This document shows, in pieces, positions 1-9,710 of a DNA stretch of 64,000 nucleotides. The DNA lies in assembly GCA_020348925.1 (NCBI GenBank), contig CP070758.1, forward strand, positions 3,053,688 through 3,117,687, written 5' to 3'. The notes beneath the pieces were generated by a model. That model saw only the letters and a list, made by a program, of their open reading frames with translations, ran no database searches and was not told the DNA's origin. A program made the translations under genes and the position numbers. The stretch comes from Gemmatimonadota bacterium. Its GTDB lineage: Bacteria; JBHIER01; G020348925. Position 1 is the first letter of the stretch; the number at the start of each line of letters is the position of its first letter.

Positions 1-1
1 C

Positions 2-715
2 ACTGCCCATCAAAAGGACGCTGCAGAGAGAGAGCCCAGTGCAGATCTTGACAGACAGGAAGAGTTCGTATCCCCTCCGGTGACTCAAAAAAGTGAGGGG
101 ACGAAGGGATCTCCACCAGTGACGCTTGAAGCAAAGGAAACCGAAGCACCTCCCCCTGCAGCTCAAGACAGAGGTGCTGAACGCGTCTCGATTTCCCCCT
201 CAGCTCCCAAAGAGGCGGATGAAGCGATACGAACTTATGTTGAGACTCAGAAGTCTTCAAAAAAAATGTATGCAGTGACTGGAGACGAATCACAGTTGGC
301 CTACGAACAGGCTCTCCGGTCCCAAAAACTCGGAGAAAATGAATCGGCTTCTGCACAATTCCAATATATCCTCGATAACTACCCGAAAAGCCCGGTAGCC
401 GACGATGCCCAGTTTCAGCTCAACTTGGCGCAAAGATCCGGCGCATTGGAATCGCAAGACTTAAGTGGCTGGCAGCAACAGCGGGACGCCTGGCGGGATT
501 TTCTTCAGACGTATTCGAACAGCGAGTTGGCGGACGAAGCGTGCCTCAGGTTGGCAGAAAGCTGGTTCCATGTCGCCAACATGACCCTCTCAAAAGAAGA
601 CCTCTCTCAAGCCTTGGAAGTGAATAGAAACTGCCTGATAAAGAGAAAGGGAGAAAGCGTTCTGAAAAAACAGATACAAGATCTGGAGAAGGCCCTGAAG
701 GAACATACAGAATAA
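2..715 (+). CDS. 5'-truncated protein with low-complexity linker and C-terminal TPR/BamD-like helical repeats
   Basis: The frame of ORF 80..715 is open back to base 2. It has TPR-like motifs (QFQYILDNYPKSPVADDAQF; FLQTYSNSELADEACLRLA) and is followed by a terminator. Confidence 0.55.
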   Translation, partial: TAHQKDAAEREPSADLDRQEEFVSPPVTQKSEGTKGSPPVTLEAKETEAPPPAAQDRGAERVSISPSAPKEADEAIRTYVETQKSSKKMYAVTGDESQLAYEQALRSQKLGENESASAQFQYILDNYPKSPVADDAQFQLNLAQRSGALESQDLSGWQQQRDAWRDFLQTYSNSELADEACLRLAESWFHVANMTLSKEDLSQALEVNRNCLIKRKGESVLKKQIQDLEKALKEHTE

Positions 716-741
716 CAGAATAGGCAGTGTCATTCTCACAT

Positions 742-776
742 TCGCCGGGTTTTGAAAATAACTCGGCGATTTTTTT
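742..776 (+). terminator. Intrinsic terminator
   Basis: Stem TCGCCGGGTT/AACTCGGCGA (one G-U pair) followed by a T-run, 27 nt after the stop codon. Confidence 0.7.
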
Positions 777-850
777 ATTTTTGCTTATTCTCCAATTTGG
801 TTGAAGGTTATGGCTCAAATACTATGAGCGTCTTGTAGATAATGACTTCA

Positions 851-893
851 CTTCATTTTCTTTGCTGGCCAAAGAAAATGAAGCAAAAAGAAA
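851..893. repeat. Perfect 14-bp inverted repeat, REP-like intergenic element
   Basis: CTTCATTTTCTTTG-ctggc-CAAAGAAAATGAAG followed by CAAAAAGAAA. Confidence 0.6.
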
Positions 894-1189
894 GGCCAGC
901 CAAGCCTTCGCCGGGACCATCTGCGGCTCAGGTTTCAGGGCATCTGCTCTGTATCCTTCAGCGGAAAGGAGTGTGATCCTAAACGAAACGCCGAAAGGGG
1001 CTTGGTCATCATTATCGATGCTATGATATGTCAGGACTATGTTGGTCTTCAATACAGAGAGTAATGAATTCATCAAAAAAATTGGAGATGATCTTTATTT
1101 TTTTTGGAATATTTCGCCGCCTCGATGGTATGTATGAATAGATGACAGACAGAACCCTTGAACACGTTACCTGAAAGGAGGCGAAAGAA

Positions 1190-3116
1190 ATGAAAAAGGT
1201 TCTGTGTTGTGCAGCACTCATGGTCCTGATGATATCAGGACCGGTTTTGGCCGACGGGTTCATCATTCCCATACGCCCGCCCGATGTCGTCCGAGTACCC
1301 CCCTTATCCATAAAATACCATCGGGTCGAGGTGGACATCACGGACCAGGTGGCCAGAACCCGGATCGATCAGGTCTTCCTCAACGAATTCCACAGAGATC
1401 TGGAAGGAACGTACATCTTCCCCATCCCAGAGGAGGCCAGCATCTCGAAATTCTCCATGTGGGTCGACGGCGAACGCCTCGGCGGGAAACTCCTCGACAA
1501 GGAAGAAGCAAGGCGGATTTACGAGGACATTGTTCGCCGCGAACTGGACCCCGCCCTCCTCGAGTACGTCGGGCGGGATATGTTCAAAGCTCGGGTCTAC
1601 CCTCTCCCCGCCCACGGTGAAAAACGGATCACCCTGGACTACTCGGAGACGCTGCGCATGGATTCCGGTCTGTGCCAGTACCGCTATTCGCTCAACACCG
1701 AATAATTCTCGGCCAAACCTCTTCAGGAGGTATCCGTCACCGTGAAGCTTCACTCACGGCTTCCCCTCAAGACGGTCTATTCTCCGACGCATGATATTGT
1801 CGTGACCAAACAGGACGACCATCGTGCCGAAATCACTTACGTCGAAGAGCATACGAAACCTGACAAAGACTTCATACTCTACTACACCGTCTCCAGGAGC
1901 GATTTCGGTCTGAACCTGTTGACCTACCGCGAATCCGGAGAAGACGGATTCTTTCTGGCCATGATCGCCCCGAATGTCGAGATGAAGCGACACAACGTCA
2001 TGAACAAACAGATCCTCTTTGTTCTCGACACGTCAGGCAGTATGAGCGGTGAGAAGATCGAACAGGCCAAAGATGCTTTGACTTTTTGTCTCAATAATCT
2101 CAACGAGGGTGACCTCTTCAACATCATCTCCTTCGACACGGAGATTGAATCCTTTGTCTCTGAACCGGTACAGGCTACTTCTCAGCGAATCCAAGAAGCG
2201 AGGGATTTTGTAGCACGACTCCATGCCGATGGTGGGACGAACATCAACGATGCCCTTGTGACGGCCTTGAGGCAAATGAACAATGACCATCACCTCAATG
2301 TCATCGTCTTTCTGACCGACGGGCTGCCGACCGTCGGCATCACTGACAATCCTCAGATCTTGAAAAATGTGACCCAAGCAAACGATTCTCAGACCAGGAT
2401 CTTCGTCTTCGGCGTCGGCTACGATGTGAACACCCATTTGCTCGATAAAATGTCCGAGCAGAACGAAGCTGTCTCCGAGTATGTCCGACCCGAAGAGAGC
2501 ATCGAGGTGAAAATCTCCAACTTTTACAGCAAGATTGCACATCCCGTGTTGACCGACGTAGCTCTGGATTTCGGCCGTATTGACGTTTCACAGATCTATC
2601 CCCGGCGATTGCCCGATATGTTCAAGGGATCTCAACTTCTTCTCCTCGGTCGGTACGAAAATGAAGGCCACACGACGATCCGCCTCGCCGGGAAAGCCGG
2701 AGGTGAAAATCAGAAATTCACGTATGAAGGTTCGTTTCCTTCTCGTTCCGAAACGAACGATTTCATCCCCCGCCTGTGGGCTTCCCGAAAAATCGGATAC
2801 CTCATCGATCAAATCCGGCTCCACGGTCAGAACAAGGAGTTGGTCGACGAAGTTGTCAGGCTGAGCAAGAAATACGGCATCATGACCGAATACACATCCT
2901 TTCTCGTCGACATGGATGTCCACGTGGCCATGGAAGAGCTCGAAGACAGGGCCAGGGAGAATTTTGCCAGGGCGAAGAAAGTTGAAAAGGGCGCCTGGGC
3001 TGTGGGCCAGGCCCAAAACGCCAAGAGGTTGAGGGCTCAGGCCATGGCACCGACGAACGAGTTCTTCGACGCCTCAGGTGAAATGCAGCGGATTACAGGA
3101 GTGAGACAGATCGCCA
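1190..3116 (+). pseudogene. Secreted VIT + vWA domain protein (inter-alpha-trypsin inhibitor-like), interrupted by in-frame TAA at 1703-1705 and 3'-truncated by a gap
   Basis: Signal peptide, RBS AGGAGG, VIT domain (LEGTYIFPIPEEASIS) and vWA MIDAS (DTSGSM, GGTNI, FLTDG). ORFs 1190..1705 and 1742.. are in the same frame and read through as LNTE*FSAKPLQEVSVTV. Confidence 0.8.
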
Positions 3117-3216
3117 NNNNNNNNNNNNNNNNNNNNNNNNNNNNNNNNNNNNNNNNNNNNNNNNNNNNNNNNNNNNNNNNNNNNNNNNNNNNNNNNNNNN
3201 NNNNNNNNNNNNNNNN
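3117..3216. other. Assembly gap / contig spacer (100 N)
   Basis: Run of N. Confidence 0.99.
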
Positions 3217-3335
3217 CGAAGTGAAGAGAGATGAGGTGATTATGAGGAACGGACTCTAAGTTGTGAGACAGATTCCTTTCAGTTTCTTATACCTGCTTTC
3301 GATTCTCATGCCATCTGGTGCCCTCAACCGCCTTC

Positions 3336-4883
3336 TCATTCATTGATCCCCATCTTCTTGAGCATCTTGCTCAGTCCTAGGCGGCTGATGCCAAGCTTTT
3401 CAGCGGCTTTGGTTTTGTTTCCGTTGGATTTTTCCAACGCCTTCAGGACCATACGTCGTTTGACCTGATTCAAAGCGTCATTCAGGGTTCCTGTTTCCCC
3501 CGGAATGATGGCGTCGTGCATTTCAAGAAATTGTCCGGGTAAGTGTTCGGGTCTGATCATCTCATCTTCCTCTGCAGCCAGAGCCACCGCCCTCTCCACG
3601 ACGTTTTCAAGTTCTCGGACATTCCCGGGCCAGTTGTACCCTTCCAGCAGATTCATGGCCTCCGAAGTAAAACGGCTGGTCTGTTTCCCGGACGTTTGTC
3701 GAAAATGTGTCAGGAAGTGATAAGCCAACATGGAAATATCCTCTTTTCGGTGACGCAGAGGGGGCATTTCAACAGCAACCACGTTCAGACGGTAGTAAAG
3801 GTCCTCGCGAAATTTCTGTTCCTGAACAAGATTGAGTAGGTCGGAGCTGCTGGCCGAAATAATTCGTACGTCAACCTTCGTGGTGGTTGTCGCCCCTACC
3901 GGTCGGATCTCCTTCTCCTGAAAGGCCCTGAGCAGTTTGCCCTGGACAGGCAAGGCCATGTTTGAAATCTCGTCCAAAAAGAGTGTTCCCCCGTTGGCCT
4001 CCTCGAACAGACCGATCTTGTCTTTGACGGCGCCGGTGAAGGCCCCTTTGATATAACCGAAGAGTTCACTTTCCAGCAGATTTTCCGGAAGCGCCCCGCA
4101 GTCCACGGCCACGAATCGTTTGTCCTTTCGCGGGCCGTTGTAGTGGATAGCCTTGGCCACTAACTCCTTGCCGGTGCCGCTTTGCCCATAGATGATGATA
4201 TTTGCTTCACTTGAGACGATCCGTTCCAAGAGGGTATAGACCTTCTGCATCGGTCCGCTTTGACCGATGAGCTCTCCGAACTGGTAGCGCTTCTCCACCT
4301 CTTTTTTTAAATGGACATTTTCCTGTGACAATTTCTGACATAAACGGGCGTTCTCCAGTACTTGTGCCGACTGTGAAGAAAGGATAGATACGAGCCTGAC
4401 ATCCTCTGGCGAAAAAGTTTTTTCCTGCTTGTGGCTCAAATTAATAGCTCCGATAACCTTATCTTTTGCCACAAGCGGTACACTGAGGGCCGCTTTGACA
4501 GGAAATTCCTTGCCTTTGAATCCCGGGAATCTCTGATCGTCGGTCAGTTTGTCGATGACGAGCGGTTCTTTATTGTGGACAATCCAGCCTGTAAGCTGTG
4601 AATCGATCATGTGGGCGAGGGAGTGATCTTTGGGAGGAATTCCTCTGAGAAGCGTCGTCATGCCCCCGGGGGTCTGGTCATCGACAACAAAAATAGAACC
4701 TTGCTCCGCCCCGGTCAGAGAGATGGCTTCCTCCGCAATAATTTTCAAAATTTTGTTAACATCTCCTGTGGAGGCAATTGCTCGCGAGACCCGGTTCAGG
4801 GCTTCAAGCTCCTTGACCCTACGATTCAGGCGATCGAATTCTTTCTTCACGTCATGGTTTTCACGGATGTTCGTCTTGCGCAT
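3336..4883 (-). CDS. Sigma-54-dependent transcriptional activator (GAF - AAA+ - Fis HTH)
   Basis: GAF domain, Walker A GQSGTGKE, ESELFGY..GAFTGA, Walker B FLDEI, WPGNVRELEN and a C-terminal HTH. Start placed at ATG 4883 to avoid overlap with the kinase gene. Confidence 0.93.
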   Translation of the reverse strand: MRKTNIRENHDVKKEFDRLNRRVKELEALNRVSRAIASTGDVNKILKIIAEEAISLTGAEQGSIFVVDDQTPGGMTTLLRGIPPKDHSLAHMIDSQLTGWIVHNKEPLVIDKLTDDQRFPGFKGKEFPVKAALSVPLVAKDKVIGAINLSHKQEKTFSPEDVRLVSILSSQSAQVLENARLCQKLSQENVHLKKEVEKRYQFGELIGQSGPMQKVYTLLERIVSSEANIIIYGQSGTGKELVAKAIHYNGPRKDKRFVAVDCGALPENLLESELFGYIKGAFTGAVKDKIGLFEEANGGTLFLDEISNMALPVQGKLLRAFQEKEIRPVGATTTTKVDVRIISASSSDLLNLVQEQKFREDLYYRLNVVAVEMPPLRHRKEDISMLAYHFLTHFRQTSGKQTSRFTSEAMNLLEGYNWPGNVRELENVVERAVALAAEEDEMIRPEHLPGQFLEMHDAIIPGETGTLNDALNQVKRRMVLKALEKSNGNKTKAAEKLGISRLGLSKMLKKMGINE

Positions 4884-4956
4884 TTTGTGCCCCCGCTTTT
4901 CATCGTAATTTCTATGGCGTAGTGAGCCGTTGCAACCCTCCAAGTTACGATCACTT

Positions 4957-7953
4957 TCACCGTTCTCCTGACAAGTTCGCCAATCGTTCCTTGGCATCGA
5001 TCAATTCCGGGAGATCCTCGTCCGCATCCTTCCAGATTTCAAGGAACGTCATGTACTGATCGATGGCCTTGTTGAACCAGCCTTTTGCTTCGTACAATTG
5101 AGCCAGCCTGTAGTGGTATTTGGGATGAATGAGAAATTGCTCTTTACTCTTTGGATGAAACGTAATCAATCGTTCGTATTCGGTGATGGCCTTGTCCAAC
5201 TCTCCTTGTTGTCGATAAGCACGTGCCAGTATGTCCCTGAGGAAGGGTGCGTTATAGGGTATTAGATATCGGCTGAGCATATCAGGTGTTTCCCAAGGAG
5301 GTACCTTCTCCCACACGGCGACGGCTTTATCGAGGGAGTCTTCCGCAAGCAAGATCTCTCCTTTTAAGACGTTGTAATAGAATGTTATCCAATCCTTATG
5401 CGATGGATCTATTTCAGGAAGAAGAGATTTCATCTCAGCCAATCTGGACTTTGCAGAATCGGTCTGTCCATCCTTCAAGTCCACCAGCCCAAGGTAGAAG
5501 CTAAACTCTACCGTATAAAATGGTGCGGATGGTGATGCTGTGTATGGAAGGGGGTGCTCTACCATAAAATCATACCAGAGGCTGAAATGTCTTCGGCCAA
5601 GTTCAAGCTCTCCATGATCATAATAAATCCACCCCTTCATCCAGTCCGCAACAACTTTCCTCCACTCATTCCCTACCGCTTGTGCCAGGTCAGAGGCCTC
5701 ATCAAGCGTGGAGAGGGATCTCTCAAGGTTACCGAACCAGTAGTAGTAAAGCCCTTTCCACCAACACCCTTCGGCCCTTATGCCGGGGGATGGGGCAACA
5801 TTAATGTACTGGTCAATCCAGTTCATGGCCTCGGAGTAGTTTCCCTTGAGAGCACAGATGTATCCTATCTTCCAATAAGAACGAAAAAAATCAGGTTTTA
5901 CCTCCAAGGCTTCTTTGTATTTCGCTATCGCTTCTTCAGGCCTTCCCATTTGAAGCAATATGTCAGCCATTGAATCGAACGGATTGGCGTCCCCAGGGGA
6001 GATCGATGCATACCTTTCGAAATATTCGATAGCCTTTTCGAAATTCCCCATGTCAGCATATGCGAAAGCAAGTTGATTAAGGGCAAATCCATATTTGGGA
6101 TCGAGCTCCAGCGCTCTGGTGTACTTTTCTATGGCTTCATAGAACAAGTTTTTGCTGTGGTAATATAAAGCCAAATTGAAGTAAACTCGTTTCTCTCTGG
6201 GGTATTTCTCGGCCATCTGTTGGAAGATACGTAATCCTGTCTCCGGATTGCTCTCCATTGTCCATGCATATGTTGCTTCTATATAAAGTTTCTCTTTGTC
6301 CGTTGCTCTCTGTGAATAGGTCTTCGCTTTCTCAAAGGCCTCGTTTCTCGCTTTCACGTCCCCCAACATGCCATAAGTCCAGGCAAGGTGCAGGTAGGCC
6401 ACAGCAAAGGACGGATCGAGTTGGACAGCTTTTTCAAGGAATTGGCGGGCTTCAGCATAGTAGAGTTTTTCCAAATCTTCTCTCCCTCTCAGAAAATAAT
6501 TATACGCATCCAATGAGGTCGTCGTGACTTCCCGAATCGGCCGTTGCGTTTCTACTATCCGGTGGTCTGATATGCCCACACCGCGAGATATCTCACTGCT
6601 CAACTCGTCAATCTGGCTTCTCAGTATGCTGGCCTCTCCTTTCCCCTTCGTGCTGGCACTCTTCAGAAGTCTCTTCGTTTCGACATCCAAAACTTTCACA
6701 TCAGTCGCAAACATATCCCCTGCTTTGACGAAACTGCCCAGGACAATGGCATCCACACCATCCATGCGACAGAGCTCGATGCCCAGATCCCTGTCAATGA
6801 TCTCCATATCCTCCTTTCCCATTTTCTTGAGAAGATCACGCATCCGTTCCCAGGTGCTTACCTGTAAATATGGCGACTGCTCAAGGCTCGTAATTAAGAG
6901 GTTTGGAATTGCTTTTCGCAGATGGTCGTATGCTTGATCTCCGGTCTGATTCTCGAAGCTTATTACTGCAATGGATGTCGGCTCTGCCACAGACCTCTGT
7001 TGAAAAAGAAGAGATCTGAGTATAAAAAATCCTGGAAAAAGTAAGAAGACTATTATTACTGTTATTGAGATTTTCGTGAGTTGCCTCTTTCTTATTTCTT
7101 GTTCAGCAAGAGTTCGGGAGCGAACCTCACCAGGGATTAATAGCTCATTCCTGAGAACATTCAGATCCTTGTGAAGCTCATCCGCACTCTGGTACCGTTT
7201 CTCCTTGTCCTTCCTCAAAGCTTTTGATGTAATCTGTTCTAATCCGTGAGGTACGTGCGGAGCAACTTTATGAACCGGCTCGGGCTTTTGATGGACAACG
7301 GAATAGAGAACAGCCAAATCATTGTCCCCGGTAAAAGGGAGTCGGCCGGTGAGCATTTCATACAATACAGTACCAAGGGAAAAAATGTCCGAGCGGTGAT
7401 CGGCTTCCTCACAACGAGCCTGTTCCGGGGACATATAGGCCGGTGTACCCATGATTGTTCCCTCTCTGGTCACCAGGCTGCTGTCTTTGAATTTGGCCAG
7501 GCCGAAGTCGGTGATTTTCACCTGGCCTGTTTTCGTGATCATGATGTTCGAGGATTTTATATCCCGGTGAATGATTCCTTTTGAATGGGCGGCGGCAAGG
7601 CCTTCGGTTATCTGGATAGCGAGATTCAGAGTCTCTTCTGTTGGTAGCGGACCGCCCTGGGTCTTTTCTTTCAGGCTGTGCCCTTCGATATAGGCCATAA
7701 CGATGAACCACTCACCGTCGTCCTCTTCGATTTCGTAAATAGTGGCGATGTTGGGATGATCGAGGGCAGAAGCCGCCTGGGCCTCGTGGAAGAAACGATT
7801 CTTGATCTCCGTATCCTTTGTGAGCTGGGCTGGTAGAAACTTGAGGGCGACGATTCGATGCAATCTCTTATCTTCGGCTTTGTAGACAACTCCCATGCCG
7901 CCTTCGCCAATTTTCTCCAGGATGTGGTAGTGAGATATCGTCTTGCCGATCAT
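4957..7953 (-). CDS. Hanks-type Ser/Thr protein kinase with TM helix, TolB-N/CsgG-like domain and TPR repeats
   Basis: GEGGMGVVY, VALK, HRDIKSSN, DFGLA, YMSPE; hydrophobic helix ISITVIIVFLLFPGFFIL; SIAVISFEN domain; many TPRs. Confidence 0.93.
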   Translation of the reverse strand: MIGKTISHYHILEKIGEGGMGVVYKAEDKRLHRIVALKFLPAQLTKDTEIKNRFFHEAQAASALDHPNIATIYEIEEDDGEWFIVMAYIEGHSLKEKTQGGPLPTEETLNLAIQITEGLAAAHSKGIIHRDIKSSNIMITKTGQVKITDFGLAKFKDSSLVTREGTIMGTPAYMSPEQARCEEADHRSDIFSLGTVLYEMLTGRLPFTGDNDLAVLYSVVHQKPEPVHKVAPHVPHGLEQITSKALRKDKEKRYQSADELHKDLNVLRNELLIPGEVRSRTLAEQEIRKRQLTKISITVIIVFLLFPGFFILRSLLFQQRSVAEPTSIAVISFENQTGDQAYDHLRKAIPNLLITSLEQSPYLQVSTWERMRDLLKKMGKEDMEIIDRDLGIELCRMDGVDAIVLGSFVKAGDMFATDVKVLDVETKRLLKSASTKGKGEASILRSQIDELSSEISRGVGISDHRIVETQRPIREVTTTSLDAYNYFLRGREDLEKLYYAEARQFLEKAVQLDPSFAVAYLHLAWTYGMLGDVKARNEAFEKAKTYSQRATDKEKLYIEATYAWTMESNPETGLRIFQQMAEKYPREKRVYFNLALYYHSKNLFYEAIEKYTRALELDPKYGFALNQLAFAYADMGNFEKAIEYFERYASISPGDANPFDSMADILLQMGRPEEAIAKYKEALEVKPDFFRSYWKIGYICALKGNYSEAMNWIDQYINVAPSPGIRAEGCWWKGLYYYWFGNLERSLSTLDEASDLAQAVGNEWRKVVADWMKGWIYYDHGELELGRRHFSLWYDFMVEHPLPYTASPSAPFYTVEFSFYLGLVDLKDGQTDSAKSRLAEMKSLLPEIDPSHKDWITFYYNVLKGEILLAEDSLDKAVAVWEKVPPWETPDMLSRYLIPYNAPFLRDILARAYRQQGELDKAITEYERLITFHPKSKEQFLIHPKYHYRLAQLYEAKGWFNKAIDQYMTFLEIWKDADEDLPELIDAKERLANLSGER

Positions 7954-7988
7954 CGAACAATCCTCGTGTGTGATAAATAATATTTGTA

Positions 7989-8017
7989 AGAATACATAAA
8001 TTCGATTTCAATTTCAA
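7989..8017 (-). promoter_or_regulatory. Putative sigma-70 promoter for the kinase
   Basis: Minus strand TTGAAA-17 nt-TATTCT. Confidence 0.5.
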
Positions 8018-8155
8018 GATTTTTTCACGTCAGGAAATGCAAGATTCCAATTTTGTGACGTACATAAAAGATGAAGTATTTTGACGTACGAAAGGAAAGC
8101 GGACTTTGGAAGGAAAAATATTTCACTGAGATGACAAAAAGGTCGACATTTATTA

Positions 8156-8184
8156 TTGCTTATTTTTTAAAATTTTATTATATT
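8156..8184 (+). promoter_or_regulatory. Putative sigma-70 promoter for the redox cluster
   Basis: TTGCTT-17 nt-TATATT in an AT-rich divergent intergenic region. Confidence 0.5.
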
Positions 8185-8271
8185 TCGAATCTTTTAAACA
8201 ACCGGCTGGACCGCGCGTCTATACTTGAAGAGTAAGGGGATCTTATTGTTAACTTCAACCTCTCGGAAACG

Positions 8272-8748
8272 ATGAACATGGAAACAGAAAAGATCGAGAA
8301 GATTTTGGAGGAGAACGGCTACGATCGGGCAGGTCTCATTCCGATTCTTCAAGATGTGCAGACAGAGTTCAATTATCTGCCCCAGGAAGCACTTTCATAT
8401 GTGGCGGAAAAACTGGAAATCCCGCTTATTGATGTCTACTGTGTGGCTTCATTTTTCAAGTCCTTCAGTTTAAAACCGAGGGGCGAACACCTCGTCACGG
8501 TGTGTCTTGGCACAGCCTGTCATGTCAAAAGAGCATCCTCAGTTCTGGATGAAATCGAGAAGAGACTGGGAATACGGCCTGGGGAGAATACTGAGGATAT
8601 GCAGTTTACACTTGAGACGGTGAACTGCCTCGGGGCGTGCGCCCTGGCTCCTATTGTCGTGGTCGATGGCGATTACTATGGGCAAACAACCACGAAAAAA
8701 ATCGATTCGATACTGAAGACATACAAGAGGGGTGACAAGAAGGAGTAG
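8272..8748 (+). CDS. NuoE/HndA/HydC-like [2Fe-2S] subunit
   Basis: LIPILQDVQ..NYLP, VCLGTACHV, LETVNCLGACALAP. Confidence 0.92.
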   Translation: MNMETEKIEKILEENGYDRAGLIPILQDVQTEFNYLPQEALSYVAEKLEIPLIDVYCVASFFKSFSLKPRGEHLVTVCLGTACHVKRASSVLDEIEKRLGIRPGENTEDMQFTLETVNCLGACALAPIVVVDGDYYGQTTTKKIDSILKTYKRGDKKE

Positions 8749-8753
8749 GAACA

Positions 8754-9146
8754 ATGATCCAGGTCAATGTGGAATGCCCCCGCTGTCGCACCAGCCTTAT
8801 GGATCCCGAACACAAGATCGATGATCATGACAGCATTTTCGTCGTCATCGAGTTTCAGAATAAACGAGGGTGGCTGCGTTTGAGCTCGTTGTATGGCAGT
8901 TATACCATAGAAAGTGAATACGAGATCCCGCCCGACACCGTGACCAGATTCTTCTGTCCCCACTGCCAATCCGAGTTGAAGAGCACCAGAACGTGTGAAG
9001 CGTGCGGTACACCCATGGTCGCGATGCATTTCAAGGACGGCGGCCACGTGCAGATCTGTTCCCGGCGCGGGTGTAGACACCATCTCGTTGAATTCAGGGA
9101 ATTGGAAACAGAGCTCAGAGCGTTTTATGATCGTTATTCCAACTAA
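8754..9146 (+). CDS. Cys-rich zinc-ribbon-like protein
   Basis: CPRC, CPHC, CEAC, CSRRGC..H; tightly linked in the operon with RBS AGGAG. Confidence 0.75.
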   Translation: MIQVNVECPRCRTSLMDPEHKIDDHDSIFVVIEFQNKRGWLRLSSLYGSYTIESEYEIPPDTVTRFFCPHCQSELKSTRTCEACGTPMVAMHFKDGGHVQICSRRGCRHHLVEFRELETELRAFYDRYSN

Positions 9147-9185
9147 TAAAAGCACGGTTAACTTAATGAAGGGATGGAGGGGAAC

Positions 9186-9569
9186 ATGCCAAAACTGAAG
9201 TTAGAGGATTTGAAAAAGATCAGGGAAAAGGTCAAACAAACCACTGTTCTGCGCGAAGGTGGGGGAAGGGCCAAGGTGACGGTTCACATGGGTACATGCG
9301 GCATAGCTGCTGGAGCGCGAGACATTATGGATACTCTGCTGAAAGAAATCGAGGCTCAAGATGTGAAAGACGTTATCGTGACCGCTTCCGGATGCGCAGG
9401 GCTGTGCAGTCGGGAACCCATGGCTACCGTGGAGGTGCTGGGAAAACCGCCCGTGAAATATGTCGATTTGACACGGGAAAAGATCACCCGAATCTTCAAC
9501 GAACATGTTTTGAACGGCAATGTCGTGACTGAGTTTGCGCTTGCCGTCGGCAGTGAGCGGACTGTGTAG
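9186..9569 (+). CDS. Thioredoxin-like [2Fe-2S] ferredoxin (HndB/HydD-like)
   Basis: VHMGTCGIAAGAR, SGCAGLCSREP; RBS GGAGG before ATG 9186. Confidence 0.88.
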   Translation: MPKLKLEDLKKIREKVKQTTVLREGGGRAKVTVHMGTCGIAAGARDIMDTLLKEIEAQDVKDVIVTASGCAGLCSREPMATVEVLGKPPVKYVDLTREKITRIFNEHVLNGNVVTEFALAVGSERTV

Positions 9570-9644
9570 CGTGTGCGTATGATATCCACGGTGAACAGAC
9601 TTTTGAAAAGTGCGTATTTGGAGAAGTAGAATTATTGCCGATAG

Positions 9645-9680
9645 TTCACCCTTGCAGTGGGAAGTGAACGGACTGTATAA
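9645..9680 (+). pseudogene. Relic copy of the 3' end of the preceding HndB-like gene
   Basis: Translates FTLAVGSERTV* versus FALAVGSERTV* at 9534-9569; the other differences are synonymous. Confidence 0.7.
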
Positions 9681-9710
9681 AGGTAATCGGTCTTATCAAG
9701 GGAGATTGAA

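Noticed and set aside
900-1005. Possible hammerhead ribozyme or c-di-GMP riboswitch
   Set aside because: No exact CUGANGA core or GEMM consensus seen on either strand.
1703-1705. Stop-codon recoding (Sec/Pyl or alternative code)
   Set aside because: The codon is TAA, which terminates many genes in this window.
3217-3259. Apparent C-terminus of ORF 1742..3259
   Set aside because: Lies across an N gap, so frame continuity is artificial.
8051-8069. Rex operator
   Set aside because: The TTGTGA half-site is present but there is no TCACAA half at the required spacing.
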